Shown here piece by piece: positions 28,532 through 37,125 of a stretch of DNA of 64,000 bases. The stretch spans positions 173,858 through 237,857 of the forward strand of contig CAWJHF010000002.1 of NCBI GenBank assembly GCA_963842445.1, in the 5' to 3' direction. The notes beneath the pieces are model-generated. The model did no database searches, was not told the origin of the DNA, and was given only the letters and a program-made list of their open reading frames with translations. Each line of letters starts with the position of its first letter. Position 1 is the first letter of the stretch. A program made the translations under genes and the position numbers. The DNA is from an uncultured Verrucomicrobiae bacterium. Lineage in GTDB: Bacteria; Verrucomicrobiota; Verrucomicrobiia; Limisphaerales; UBA11358.

Positions 28532-30232
28532 CTACGCTTCCTTGAGCGACGGCGAAATGGCCTTTTCGAGTTTTATAGCTGACGCGACCACCCACTCCGA
28601 CAACGTCTTTAGATCGGCTGCCGACTGCTGAATAGACCCTGCACGATAGATGGCGATCCGGCAGGCCCTTTTGTCGTCCATGCGCTCCCAGCGCAATACT
28701 TCGTCAGATTTTAGCAGGCCAAGTTTGCCGTCAATGTCGGTCTGGTTTCTAAACAACTTGTCGTAAACAGCCTTATTCCACTTCCTCTTGCCGTAATCAA
28801 CATAAAGTTCGACCCGCAACTCCTTGGACTTTGTGAAGCTGGCAAACAAGCCAATCTTCTTTTTGGAAGCGTTCGGGAGGTCTGCCAGCCGGAAATAACT
28901 CCGCCCGTCCGGTTCGCCTACCCTCAAAGGAAATTCTTTGTGTTTCGCAAGTCTCTGCCGAACGCCGTTGAAAAAGTTGATGTATGACTTTTCTCGGCCA
29001 CCAATCCGCACGAAGACGATCTCCTTCCCACCTTGAAAGGCGTTCGGCACAAAATAGAGCACCCTCCAACCGATCTCCAACCATTGCGCCGAACGTAGAT
29101 TTTCAGGTTCATTGGCCCACCAGGACCTGTGTTCGTGTGCGGCCTTTGGCAGCTTGCACTTCGTTATATTCTTCTCAATGTCCTGGAGTCGGATGCGGAC
29201 TTCCTTTTGGCCTGGGGGTAGGGCCTGCAAATAGCTGATCAGTGGAACAAGTATGCTGTCGGTCGGTCGAGCTTCCTCGTCGGTTGGCTCAGTTACTTGC
29301 GATGCAGAACCGCGGGCAGCGGAAGTGACAATCTGACCTAGCTCTTTCGGAGGTTCTGGATGGGCATCGGCAGCACAGACAATTTCAAGCCAGTCCTTGC
29401 AGAACCGTAACTGCTCCCGTTCAGTGGGTGATAATTCACCTCGAAAATGCGCCAGCTTGTTCCGCGTTTCACGCACATCGCTGAGCAGTCGTCGAATCAC
29501 CTCCTTATCATCCGATTGAGCGATTTTCGGGCACATGGGATGCAGCAGCAGCATTTCAGCGAATTCCGCCATCGTAAGCTCATCGAAAGCTTTTTTGCGG
29601 TCAGGCACACCAAGGCGCTTGAATGCCACGTCAACGGTCGGGGCGTCTAATGCACAGGGTTCCGTACGCGATTTGCCCAGATAGGACATTAAGGCCGACT
29701 CAAACTTAGGCCGCATTTGTCGGGCAGGATTGGAGACAGCTTCGATGGTTTCCCCCATGCCACCTTTTTCACCCGGCTTCACAAAATAGGCAGCCTCTAC
29801 GTATTCCTTTAGCATGGTTTCGATGTCTTCGACCAACATCATGTCTCCTGCCCGCCGTCTGAAAAAGTCTGTCGTGTCATAGGTTGTTACGATACCAACT
29901 ACCTTGCTTTCACGGTCGGTAATTACAACGGCGTAAGTATTTTTGGTTTCGTCCAGCAGTTCCTCGATGTCCTGGTCGAGGAACATCTTGGTTGCGCCCT
30001 CCCTGGCGTCACGGACGCCCAACTGTGCGGGCGCAACCTTGAAGCTGTTCGATGCACGCACGATTGAACTTGCGGTAACCATGCCCGACACCACCCCCTC
30101 AGTGGTAACGACTGGCAACTGACTAAAGTCGTGTTTGGCCATCAAGGATAGAGCGTGCGCAACTGTGTCGCTCGACGAAACGCAGACTGGTTGCGCTCGG
30201 CCTTCGATCAAATCTCGCACAGTGAATAGCAT
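28532..30232 (-). CDS. CBS-pair / HEPN (Swt1-like) / DUF4268-like fusion protein
   Basis: Two CBS-like units in the first ~130 aa. Central SDVRETRNKLAHFRG carries an RNxxxH HEPN motif. The C-terminal ~170 aa (LRVELYVDYG...LRWERMDDKRACRIAIYR) resembles DUF4268. ATG at 30232 lies 4 nt after the hsdM-2 stop; an alternative GTG is at 30253. Confidence 0.6.
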   Translation of the reverse strand: MLFTVRDLIEGRAQPVCVSSSDTVAHALSLMAKHDFSQLPVVTTEGVVSGMVTASSIVRASNSFKVAPAQLGVRDAREGATKMFLDQDIEELLDETKNTYAVVITDRESKVVGIVTTYDTTDFFRRRAGDMMLVEDIETMLKEYVEAAYFVKPGEKGGMGETIEAVSNPARQMRPKFESALMSYLGKSRTEPCALDAPTVDVAFKRLGVPDRKKAFDELTMAEFAEMLLLHPMCPKIAQSDDKEVIRRLLSDVRETRNKLAHFRGELSPTEREQLRFCKDWLEIVCAADAHPEPPKELGQIVTSAARGSASQVTEPTDEEARPTDSILVPLISYLQALPPGQKEVRIRLQDIEKNITKCKLPKAAHEHRSWWANEPENLRSAQWLEIGWRVLYFVPNAFQGGKEIVFVRIGGREKSYINFFNGVRQRLAKHKEFPLRVGEPDGRSYFRLADLPNASKKKIGLFASFTKSKELRVELYVDYGKRKWNKAVYDKLFRNQTDIDGKLGLLKSDEVLRWERMDDKRACRIAIYRAGSIQQSAADLKTLSEWVVASAIKLEKAISPSLKEA

Positions 30233-30236
30233 AAAT

Positions 30237-31745
30237 TCAGACCAAATTGGCACTTTTCAGCAGAGACTTGAGCCGGTCCTCGGCAGCGTAGGCGTCGGCC
30301 AGCGCCGTCTTCAAGTTGGCGAGTGCCTGCTTGACCGTGATAGTTTCCTGGTCACTGACCTGCTCAACGTACCGGGGAATGTTCAGGTTATAGTCGTTGG
30401 CGGCGATCTCCTTCAACGTAACGACCTTGGCGATGCCTTTGACGTTTTTGTAATCCCGATACCAGCCGAAGATTTTGTCCACATGTTCCGGCAGGAGCGT
30501 GTTCTGATTCCGACCCTTTTTGAAAATGCCCGATGCGTTGATGATGAGCACACGATTCCGCCGATCCGGCTTTTTTCTGGCCCGGAAGACCAGGATACAA
30601 GCTGCCAGGCCAGTGCCGTAGAACAGGTTTGGCCCCAGTCCGATCACTGCTTCAAGTTTATCCATCTCCAGTATTGTGCGCCGTATCTTTCCCTCGACCC
30701 CCATGCGGAACAGCACGCCATGCGGCAGAACGACCGCCATGCGTCCGGTGCCGGGGGCCATTGACTTCAACATGTGCTGGACGAAGGCGTAATCAGCGCT
30801 GCTCCGTGGCGGGACACCGGCAAAATTGCGGCCATATCGGTCATTGACCCAGATGTCCTCACCCCACCGCTCCACGGAGAACGGCTCGTTGGCGATCACA
30901 CAAACGAACGTGGCCAGGCTGTCACCAGTGAAAAAGGCCGGATCACGGAGCGTGTCGCCCCGGACAATCTTGAAATCTTCGACACCATGCAAAAACAGAT
31001 TGATCCTGGCTATGGCCGACGTGGTGAGGTTCTTTTCCTGACCGAACAGCTTGCCCCATAACTTCCTGACATTGCCGCCAGCCTCTTTTACGTGCTGGAT
31101 TGCGCCCAGGAGCATACCGGCTGTGCCGCAAGTCGGGTCGTAAATCGTGTCGCCCTCCTTCGGGTCGAGGATTTTGACCATCAGCCGGACAACACTGCGG
31201 GGTGTATAAAACTCTCCGGCCTTCCGGTTGGTCTGGTCGGCGAATTTCTTGATCAGGTATTCATACGCCTGGCCCAGAATGTCATCATCGGTGTCACGGT
31301 TGGCCAGACCGATGCGCGAGAAATGCTCAATCAGATCGCGCAGCAGCGCATCGGACAGCCGTTCCTTGTTGCTCCAGGGTGCATCGCCGAAAATTCCGTA
31401 AAGGGTGTTCGGATTGGCCTTTTCGATTTCCCGCATGGCCCTCTGGATGGCCTGGCCGACGTTTGTGGTCTTGGCCCGAACATCATTCCAATGGCAGCCC
31501 TCCGGTATTTGAAACCGATGGTTTTCGGCGAACTGAGCGTAGGCGATGTCGCCGCCCGATTCCTGGAGCGCCTGGTCGTATTCTTCGTCGTAAACGTCAC
31601 TGATCCGCTTGAAAAACAACAGTGGAAAAATGAACGTTTTGAAGTCCGAGGCATCAACCGGCCCGCGCAGGATGTTGGCGGCTTCCCACAGATGGGATTC
31701 CAAGGTTGTCAGATCAACAGTGCTGGTGGACGCCGGAGTTGTCAT
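30237..31745 (-). CDS. hsdM: Type I R-M methyltransferase-subunit paralogue (copy 2) with non-canonical motifs I and IV
   Basis: Collinear with copy 1 and more than 50% identical by eye. FYTPR is present, but motif I reads DPTCGTAGML and motif IV reads IANEPFS, where the N/D-PP-Y/F pattern is expected. Both checked on the DNA. Confidence 0.85.
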   Translation of the reverse strand: MTTPASTSTVDLTTLESHLWEAANILRGPVDASDFKTFIFPLLFFKRISDVYDEEYDQALQESGGDIAYAQFAENHRFQIPEGCHWNDVRAKTTNVGQAIQRAMREIEKANPNTLYGIFGDAPWSNKERLSDALLRDLIEHFSRIGLANRDTDDDILGQAYEYLIKKFADQTNRKAGEFYTPRSVVRLMVKILDPKEGDTIYDPTCGTAGMLLGAIQHVKEAGGNVRKLWGKLFGQEKNLTTSAIARINLFLHGVEDFKIVRGDTLRDPAFFTGDSLATFVCVIANEPFSVERWGEDIWVNDRYGRNFAGVPPRSSADYAFVQHMLKSMAPGTGRMAVVLPHGVLFRMGVEGKIRRTILEMDKLEAVIGLGPNLFYGTGLAACILVFRARKKPDRRNRVLIINASGIFKKGRNQNTLLPEHVDKIFGWYRDYKNVKGIAKVVTLKEIAANDYNLNIPRYVEQVSDQETITVKQALANLKTALADAYAAEDRLKSLLKSANLV

Positions 31746-32286
31746 CGATCATCGGGGAGTGAATCACGAAGGCAGGGAAAACGAAAGATGTGTTTTCTGC
31801 GAAAACGCGGGGTTGCCGTGCGTTGAACGAATCCGTCAGACCTGCCGATCCTGATCCACAAAGCCACCCCTAAATTAGGCGTGGAAATAGTTTTGAACCG
31901 AGCTTACCGAATTTGAGGCAACCCCCGTTGCTTAATCATCGTCTTGCCAACTTGTGTGTGAATCCACGGAAATGTCTTTTAGAGAGCCGGGTTCCGCTAG
32001 TTTCTCTGGAGCGGGCGATGGGCCGAAGGGGCCGATTGGGTGTGCGAAGTATCGCTTTGGCGGCGGGTCAGACGGAGAGCGTTTTGAACACTTTGACCGC
32101 ACATGGGCAGGCAGTTTTTTGTCCCACATCGGCAAAAAAGCAATACGGGCACCGAACCATTTGTTTGCCTCGTTTCCGCTTACGCATCTAACGATATGGA
32201 TCACCGACACCGCGCCACTGACGCACAGAATGCAATCAGAGCACTTTCGCGGCGTTCGGTACACCCGCTTGTTGGGCCTTTTTTAT

Positions 32287-33075
32287 TCATGCCAAGTGCA
32301 TGGAACTGTGCTGCTTAATCGTGGTGGCGACATCAGGGCGAGACGTTTTAACGGTCTGATCGAAAATCTCTTGGACGAAAGGCGCGACCCAGTATTGCGA
32401 ATCCGGCTCTGGGGTCAACCCACACTCCAAGCAATCCAGATGATCACTGGACATCATGTAGTGGCCGTTGGCAAAAAACATATACGAGACGTGTAGTATC
32501 AGTACATCGCGCAGGTCGTTCGAGAACTCGTCCAAAGCCCGTCGCCGTCCCTCAAGGAGAATCTCTTTGTCGTTGAGGAGGACGTTCCGGTAAAAGTTGT
32601 AGTGTGTATGGTCGTTACAGCGGTCCCTTAGCCGCTTGTACCGGTCATCTGCAAACAAAAGAGCGGTAATCGGAGCAACCCTTGGCGATCCGCGTATGTA
32701 CTGGGACATGATCCTGAATTCGGGTAGTCGGTCTTTTCCCTGCACCCATCTGTCGATCTGCTTCACAACAAAATTTTCAATGCTGACGTGGTCCTCAAGG
32801 TATAGGCCCGTGTAGATATCGATGATCGCGGAATCGTAGTACTTCCGAAGCAAAGCGTAGGCGTCATTGATCCTTCCGTCTCGCAGAATGGCTCGAATTG
32901 ACGCCAGCGTTCCCTGGACCGAGGAAAACAGGTATGAATCAATGTTGCAGATGGCCCGCGTACCAACCGAGACAAATCCGAATACAGAGTGAGCTAAACT
33001 CTCGTAGAACGCAGCGTACCGTTCCAAGTCGGCGAAGACGGTGTGCTTCTGGTATTCTTCGTCACTGACCATCAT
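32287..33075 (-). CDS. hypothetical protein (262 aa)
   Basis: Helical and lower in GC. Contains RLRDRCNDHTHYN, which is only weakly HEPN-like. Confidence 0.45.
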   Translation of the reverse strand: MMVSDEEYQKHTVFADLERYAAFYESLAHSVFGFVSVGTRAICNIDSYLFSSVQGTLASIRAILRDGRINDAYALLRKYYDSAIIDIYTGLYLEDHVSIENFVVKQIDRWVQGKDRLPEFRIMSQYIRGSPRVAPITALLFADDRYKRLRDRCNDHTHYNFYRNVLLNDKEILLEGRRRALDEFSNDLRDVLILHVSYMFFANGHYMMSSDHLDCLECGLTPEPDSQYWVAPFVQEIFDQTVKTSRPDVATTIKQHSSMHLA

Positions 33076-33200
33076 AACGTTTGCTCACAGGGAAGGCGTG
33101 CCTGAACCACGCCCAACGTTTCAAAGCCGAGCCACGGTCACTGGCGGCTGGCTCACGCCTGCAATAATGACTCTCAAATTTCATATCTCAAACCAAAATC

Positions 33201-33701
33201 TCAAGGGACGGTGGCTGTTTGCTCTGGCGCGTTACGCGACGGTGATTTCGGGAATACATGCTCATAATAAAGAAGCGAGAGCGCAATCGCTAGAATGGCA
33301 ACACCAAGTCCGAACGTGGTGAGCTGTAAATAAAACAATCGCCATGTCCATTTGCCGAGAAGGTCTGTAACCGTGCCTAATCGTTCTAACTCGGTTGCGT
33401 CTGCGCCGCGCAACTCACGACGTAACTTGCGAGTGGTCAGCCGAAAATCTCGGAGGCGGGTCCATGTGCTGGCAATGCAGACGCCGACCGTGAGGGTGAA
33501 AATGACTGTCGCCAACACAAAAAAATAGGAACCTGGGCGAGAAAAATGAGAATCCTTGTCCGCGATGTGGGACAAGCAGAATCCAGCAGCAGCAGTAGAA
33601 AGGCCAAATATAAGGTTGATGGCTCCTCCAAGCTGCTCACGGCGCGTCTGCTCGTAACGCCTCAAAGCATCTTTCTTTTCTGCGCGTTCTTCGTCGTTCA
33701 T
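33201..33701 (-). CDS. hypothetical multi-TM membrane protein (166 aa)
   Basis: Charged N-terminus followed by hydrophobic helices (AINLIFGLSTAAAGFCL, YFFVLATVIFTLTVGVCIA, LFYLQLTTFGLGVAILAIALSLLYY). Confidence 0.5.
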   Translation of the reverse strand: MNDEERAEKKDALRRYEQTRREQLGGAINLIFGLSTAAAGFCLSHIADKDSHFSRPGSYFFVLATVIFTLTVGVCIASTWTRLRDFRLTTRKLRRELRGADATELERLGTVTDLLGKWTWRLFYLQLTTFGLGVAILAIALSLLYYEHVFPKSPSRNAPEQTATVP

Positions 33702-33792
33702 AGACTTTACGTTTCGGGCCGCCTAACGGCCAAGAGCCGCGCCGGAACCGTGATGTCAATGCTCATATCGCCATACTTTCACCGACTTCAAA

Positions 33793-36384
33793 TCAGCGCG
33801 TCTTCAAAACGCGGTCGGCTGGCTTTGAAATAAGTATCCCGGTCAGCGAAGCGGGGTCCAGTTGCGCCGATTGCAACCTGTCGGCTGCGTTTGCTCGCCA
33901 CGCCAAGTCACCTGAGCCAGGAAAAGTCCTGCGAAGGTCACGAATAACTTGGAGTGCGGATTTCGCCCATGAACGGAATTCGGCCAAGTTCCACACACAC
34001 ACGTCTTTCAGATGCGGCATCGCCTCCTTATCAGCGACGGCTACCGGCGTGACAAGGACCGGGATTATGTTGGCAGCCTTTGCCAGCGGTACTCTCTCCC
34101 GTATCCAATTTGGGTGGGAAGCCGCTTGCCTCGCCTTCGTTACGTCGAGGCTGCCAGCACGGTCCCCGTTCGAGTGGTCCTCAAAGACCAGGCAAAGCTC
34201 GTCATGCAAAATCCACCATGGATCGGGCGATCCTTTTGATTCTTCCTTCCCGGCCTTGAAGCCGAGCATCGTTCCCAGTCGCTCATGGGCGGTTTCAAAC
34301 TTGGAGCTTTCGTTCTGCATGATGTTTTCTGCAATGAACTTTTCCTCCTGGTCGAATTTCCGGTCATGGGCGGTACCCAGATTTTCAAGATTGCTCTCAA
34401 TGTTCTCAACCTGGAGCGCGAGGGCCTCGTCACGGGTCGGCGTGGATTTGGCCTTTTCTTGTAGTCGGCAAAGGCCGACCAACCACGAGACCCCTGGCGC
34501 TGCTTTTTGAGCGGCTGCGTATTGAGCGCGTGCCTGTTGGTCGAGTCCTTCGACACCGCTCTTGTACGCCAGCCAGGCGGCGCTGCCAGCCAAGTAACTC
34601 CACAACGCCCGATAACCACGGAGTGCCGGGTCATTAAGCCGCCCAAGAACTGCCCTGGCCGCATCGAATGCCCCAGGGTAATCCCCCTGCCACAGGCTCG
34701 TTTGATACTCAATTTCGGAGTCCACAGCCTGATGGAGATCGGCTGTGCCCGGCAGGGCTTTTCGTGTGAGGCCCTCACGGAGTTGAACGATCTGACTGTC
34801 CGCCTGCTGCCAATCTTGGGATTGCTGAAGGAAAGCCGCCAAGTTGTCCACGAAATCAGACACCTTCTGGTCTTTGGATTGATCGATGCCGAACTGGAGT
34901 TCGGCTTGCAGTTCAGGATGGAGAAAGCACCGACGATCAGTGGCAAGCAGGTAATTGTGAAGTTCCTCCCCTTCAACAATCACAGCGGCAAAATCTGTCG
35001 CCGAACGGGTGCAACGACCGAACGCTTGGACCATTCTCGTCAGGATGCGGTCGTTCAACATTGCAACGGCCCCCAATCGAGTGATGAAGAATCTTTCCTG
35101 GAGATTCGTGGCGCGTGGCAGTCCCGCCACGATGAGAACACGGCATTCGTCGTCAGGAAAATCGATCCCATCGTAACGGTTGGCCAAGACAGCGACCGCC
35201 TTCGCTCTGGACGTAAATGGCGTTTTGGCAAGCTCAATGTCCCTGGCGTTGAAGGTGTCAAAACCCACCTTCTGCTTGACCCAATCCCGATACAGGGCGG
35301 CGCTTTCATCGTCTGGCACGATTACAAGGCTTCGTCCCGCCTTTTTGAGCACATGGACGGTCAACTCGTCGGCTTCCGTTTTGTTAAGTGATCTTTCGGG
35401 AAACAGGAAAAAGCGCCTGCCAATACCCTGCTTTTCCCACCCCTTGACCTGGAGGCGAAGAATACTCGACCGCCCGGTGATTCTCTCCAGATCGCCGCCT
35501 TCGCCGAGAGTAGCCGACATGTACACTCTTTGCCTTGCATCGGCGAAGGGCGCATGGCTGAAGGTTGGTGGGATAATGGGCCGCAGCAGAACTTCTCGCG
35601 CACTCAGGAACAGATGGCAAGCTGGCACGTGATCCCGGATCATCTTCCAAGGGAACGACAAATCCGAATCCGTTTCCTCAAGCCGGGTGTCCATGACTTT
35701 GATCAGTTCCGGGATGCGGTCGAAGAATTTAGGCGTCGGGATTTTTTCGACCCAGTTTTGGTCCCAAGTGCCGCCAGAACCTCCGCGCACGCGCTGCTGG
35801 TCCGCGCAGGACAGCAAATCCATAAAAACCCCAACGACGGCCTCATAGATCGCCGTATCCTCGGACCGAACTATCCGCAGCGACCACATCTTCGGAATGT
35901 AATTTTCCGCCGAATGGGAATCATCGAGAATGATTGTGTTCGGGTTCTGAAAATAAGGAGCAGTATTGAAAAGACTGCTGTAGGATGTAACCGCAATGGC
36001 CTCTCCGCCGATAAACTCACCCTTAGCGCCAGGATCGTAATCGGCTTTCTTTCCCACAAACCCGTTCACTTTCAAGCCGTACTGGGAAACCGCCTGGGTG
36101 ACGACTTGGTGGACGAGCTGATTAGTCGGGCACAGATAAACGACACGCTCCTGGAATTTCCTTCTCCGCCATTCGCCGATAAGCAAGCCGACGAGGGTCT
36201 TGCCACTGCCGGTGGCAAGCTGGAGTGCCACGTCGGGTACATCAACTGCTTTTGAAGTGTACTCGCGGAGAAGGTCAGCTTGCTGCGACAGCAAGCCTGG
36301 TATTTTTTTGGTGCGAATGTCTCTGAACAGGGCTTCGGGATTCTCCAGAGACAAGGCCGCAGTTGCAACGGGTTTGAAAGCCAT
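33793..36384 (-). CDS. SF2 helicase, DinG/XPD-like, with a ~350-aa C-terminal region of unknown function
   Basis: Motif I QLATGSGKTLVG, motif II IILDDSHS, VYMSATLG, ANRYDGIDFPDDECRVLIVAGLP and motif VI VQAFGRCTRS. ATG at 36384 (MAFKPV...). The track ORF extension to 36600 runs through the inverted repeat and looks non-coding. Confidence 0.8.
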   Translation of the reverse strand: MAFKPVATAALSLENPEALFRDIRTKKIPGLLSQQADLLREYTSKAVDVPDVALQLATGSGKTLVGLLIGEWRRRKFQERVVYLCPTNQLVHQVVTQAVSQYGLKVNGFVGKKADYDPGAKGEFIGGEAIAVTSYSSLFNTAPYFQNPNTIILDDSHSAENYIPKMWSLRIVRSEDTAIYEAVVGVFMDLLSCADQQRVRGGSGGTWDQNWVEKIPTPKFFDRIPELIKVMDTRLEETDSDLSFPWKMIRDHVPACHLFLSAREVLLRPIIPPTFSHAPFADARQRVYMSATLGEGGDLERITGRSSILRLQVKGWEKQGIGRRFFLFPERSLNKTEADELTVHVLKKAGRSLVIVPDDESAALYRDWVKQKVGFDTFNARDIELAKTPFTSRAKAVAVLANRYDGIDFPDDECRVLIVAGLPRATNLQERFFITRLGAVAMLNDRILTRMVQAFGRCTRSATDFAAVIVEGEELHNYLLATDRRCFLHPELQAELQFGIDQSKDQKVSDFVDNLAAFLQQSQDWQQADSQIVQLREGLTRKALPGTADLHQAVDSEIEYQTSLWQGDYPGAFDAARAVLGRLNDPALRGYRALWSYLAGSAAWLAYKSGVEGLDQQARAQYAAAQKAAPGVSWLVGLCRLQEKAKSTPTRDEALALQVENIESNLENLGTAHDRKFDQEEKFIAENIMQNESSKFETAHERLGTMLGFKAGKEESKGSPDPWWILHDELCLVFEDHSNGDRAGSLDVTKARQAASHPNWIRERVPLAKAANIIPVLVTPVAVADKEAMPHLKDVCVWNLAEFRSWAKSALQVIRDLRRTFPGSGDLAWRANAADRLQSAQLDPASLTGILISKPADRVLKTR

Positions 36385-36485
36385 GCGGTCTTTTAGAACA
36401 TCGCCCCGTGGGTGTAAAGCCTTCGCCGCGCCGCTACCGGACGCCACCACGCCCCGCTCGGTGATCCCGGACAGGCAAGGGAGAG

Positions 36486-36554
36486 CGAACCGCCTGCGGC
36501 GTGGATTTGAACCTGAACTGGGACCGGCTGATGGCGGATGTGGGTTCCCACTGC
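36486..36554. repeat. Right copy of the 68-nt imperfect inverted repeat (partner at 339..406)
   Basis: See 339..406. Lies in the 260-nt divergent intergenic region between the helicase (start 36384) and the DUF5069 gene (start 36644). Confidence 0.9.
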
Positions 36555-36643
36555 CAACCGGCGGGCTGATTCCAAATTGTAACAGGGTTGACCTTGCCAA
36601 TCAGCGAAGCGATGGGCATGGTGTCATCAAAGAAAGAAACTTT

Positions 36644-37093
36644 ATGGCTATATTCGCACTCGACCTCACCAAACAGGCACCCCGCAGTCCACGGGTCCGC
36701 ATTGGCGGCTTCGTCATTCTTCCCCGCTGCCTCGACAAAGGCCGCGCAACCCTCATCCGCAAGAATGGCGAATACCGCTACGATTGTCCGTTGGATCAGC
36801 GGTTCCTGAACTTTGTTGGCATCAAGGCCGCCGCCCTGAAAAAGCAGCTCGCCACGGGCAAGGGTGACGGGGCGATTCTGGCCTGGATCACCGCCAACGC
36901 GAAGTTCAAGCGCAGCGAACTGGAAATCGCTCAATGGTCAGCCTACGTGGAGCAGCGCTTTCCGAAGGACCCGGAAACGCGGGAATACGTCAACGCAGCG
37001 CACAAGAAATACGGTCCTGAACGGGAGGACATCGGGACGTTCTTTGACCTGCTGGATTTGGACGACTACGTCAGCTTCGGGGGCAAGGCGTAA
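36644..37093 (+). CDS. DUF5069 domain protein
   Basis: DLTKQAPRSPRVRIGGFVILPRCLDKGRA matches my recollection of the DUF5069 N-terminal signature. ATG at 36644 within track ORF 36200..37093. Confidence 0.6.
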   Translation: MAIFALDLTKQAPRSPRVRIGGFVILPRCLDKGRATLIRKNGEYRYDCPLDQRFLNFVGIKAAALKKQLATGKGDGAILAWITANAKFKRSELEIAQWSAYVEQRFPKDPETREYVNAAHKKYGPEREDIGTFFDLLDLDDYVSFGGKA

Positions 37094-37125
37094 GCTTTCG
37101 GCTCCATCATTCATTGCGGCCAACT

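Noticed and set aside
31932-32496. Track ORFs 31954..32496(+) and 31932..32264(-) in the gap upstream of the type I operon.
   Set aside because: Their composition is not protein-like. The + ORF also runs antisense into 32287..33075. I kept the region as non-coding, as described in the findings.
36385-36600. N-terminal 72-aa extension of the helicase ORF (track start 36600).
   Set aside because: The extension is Pro/Ser/Gly-rich and runs through the inverted repeat. The ATG at 36384 gives a normal helicase N-terminus.
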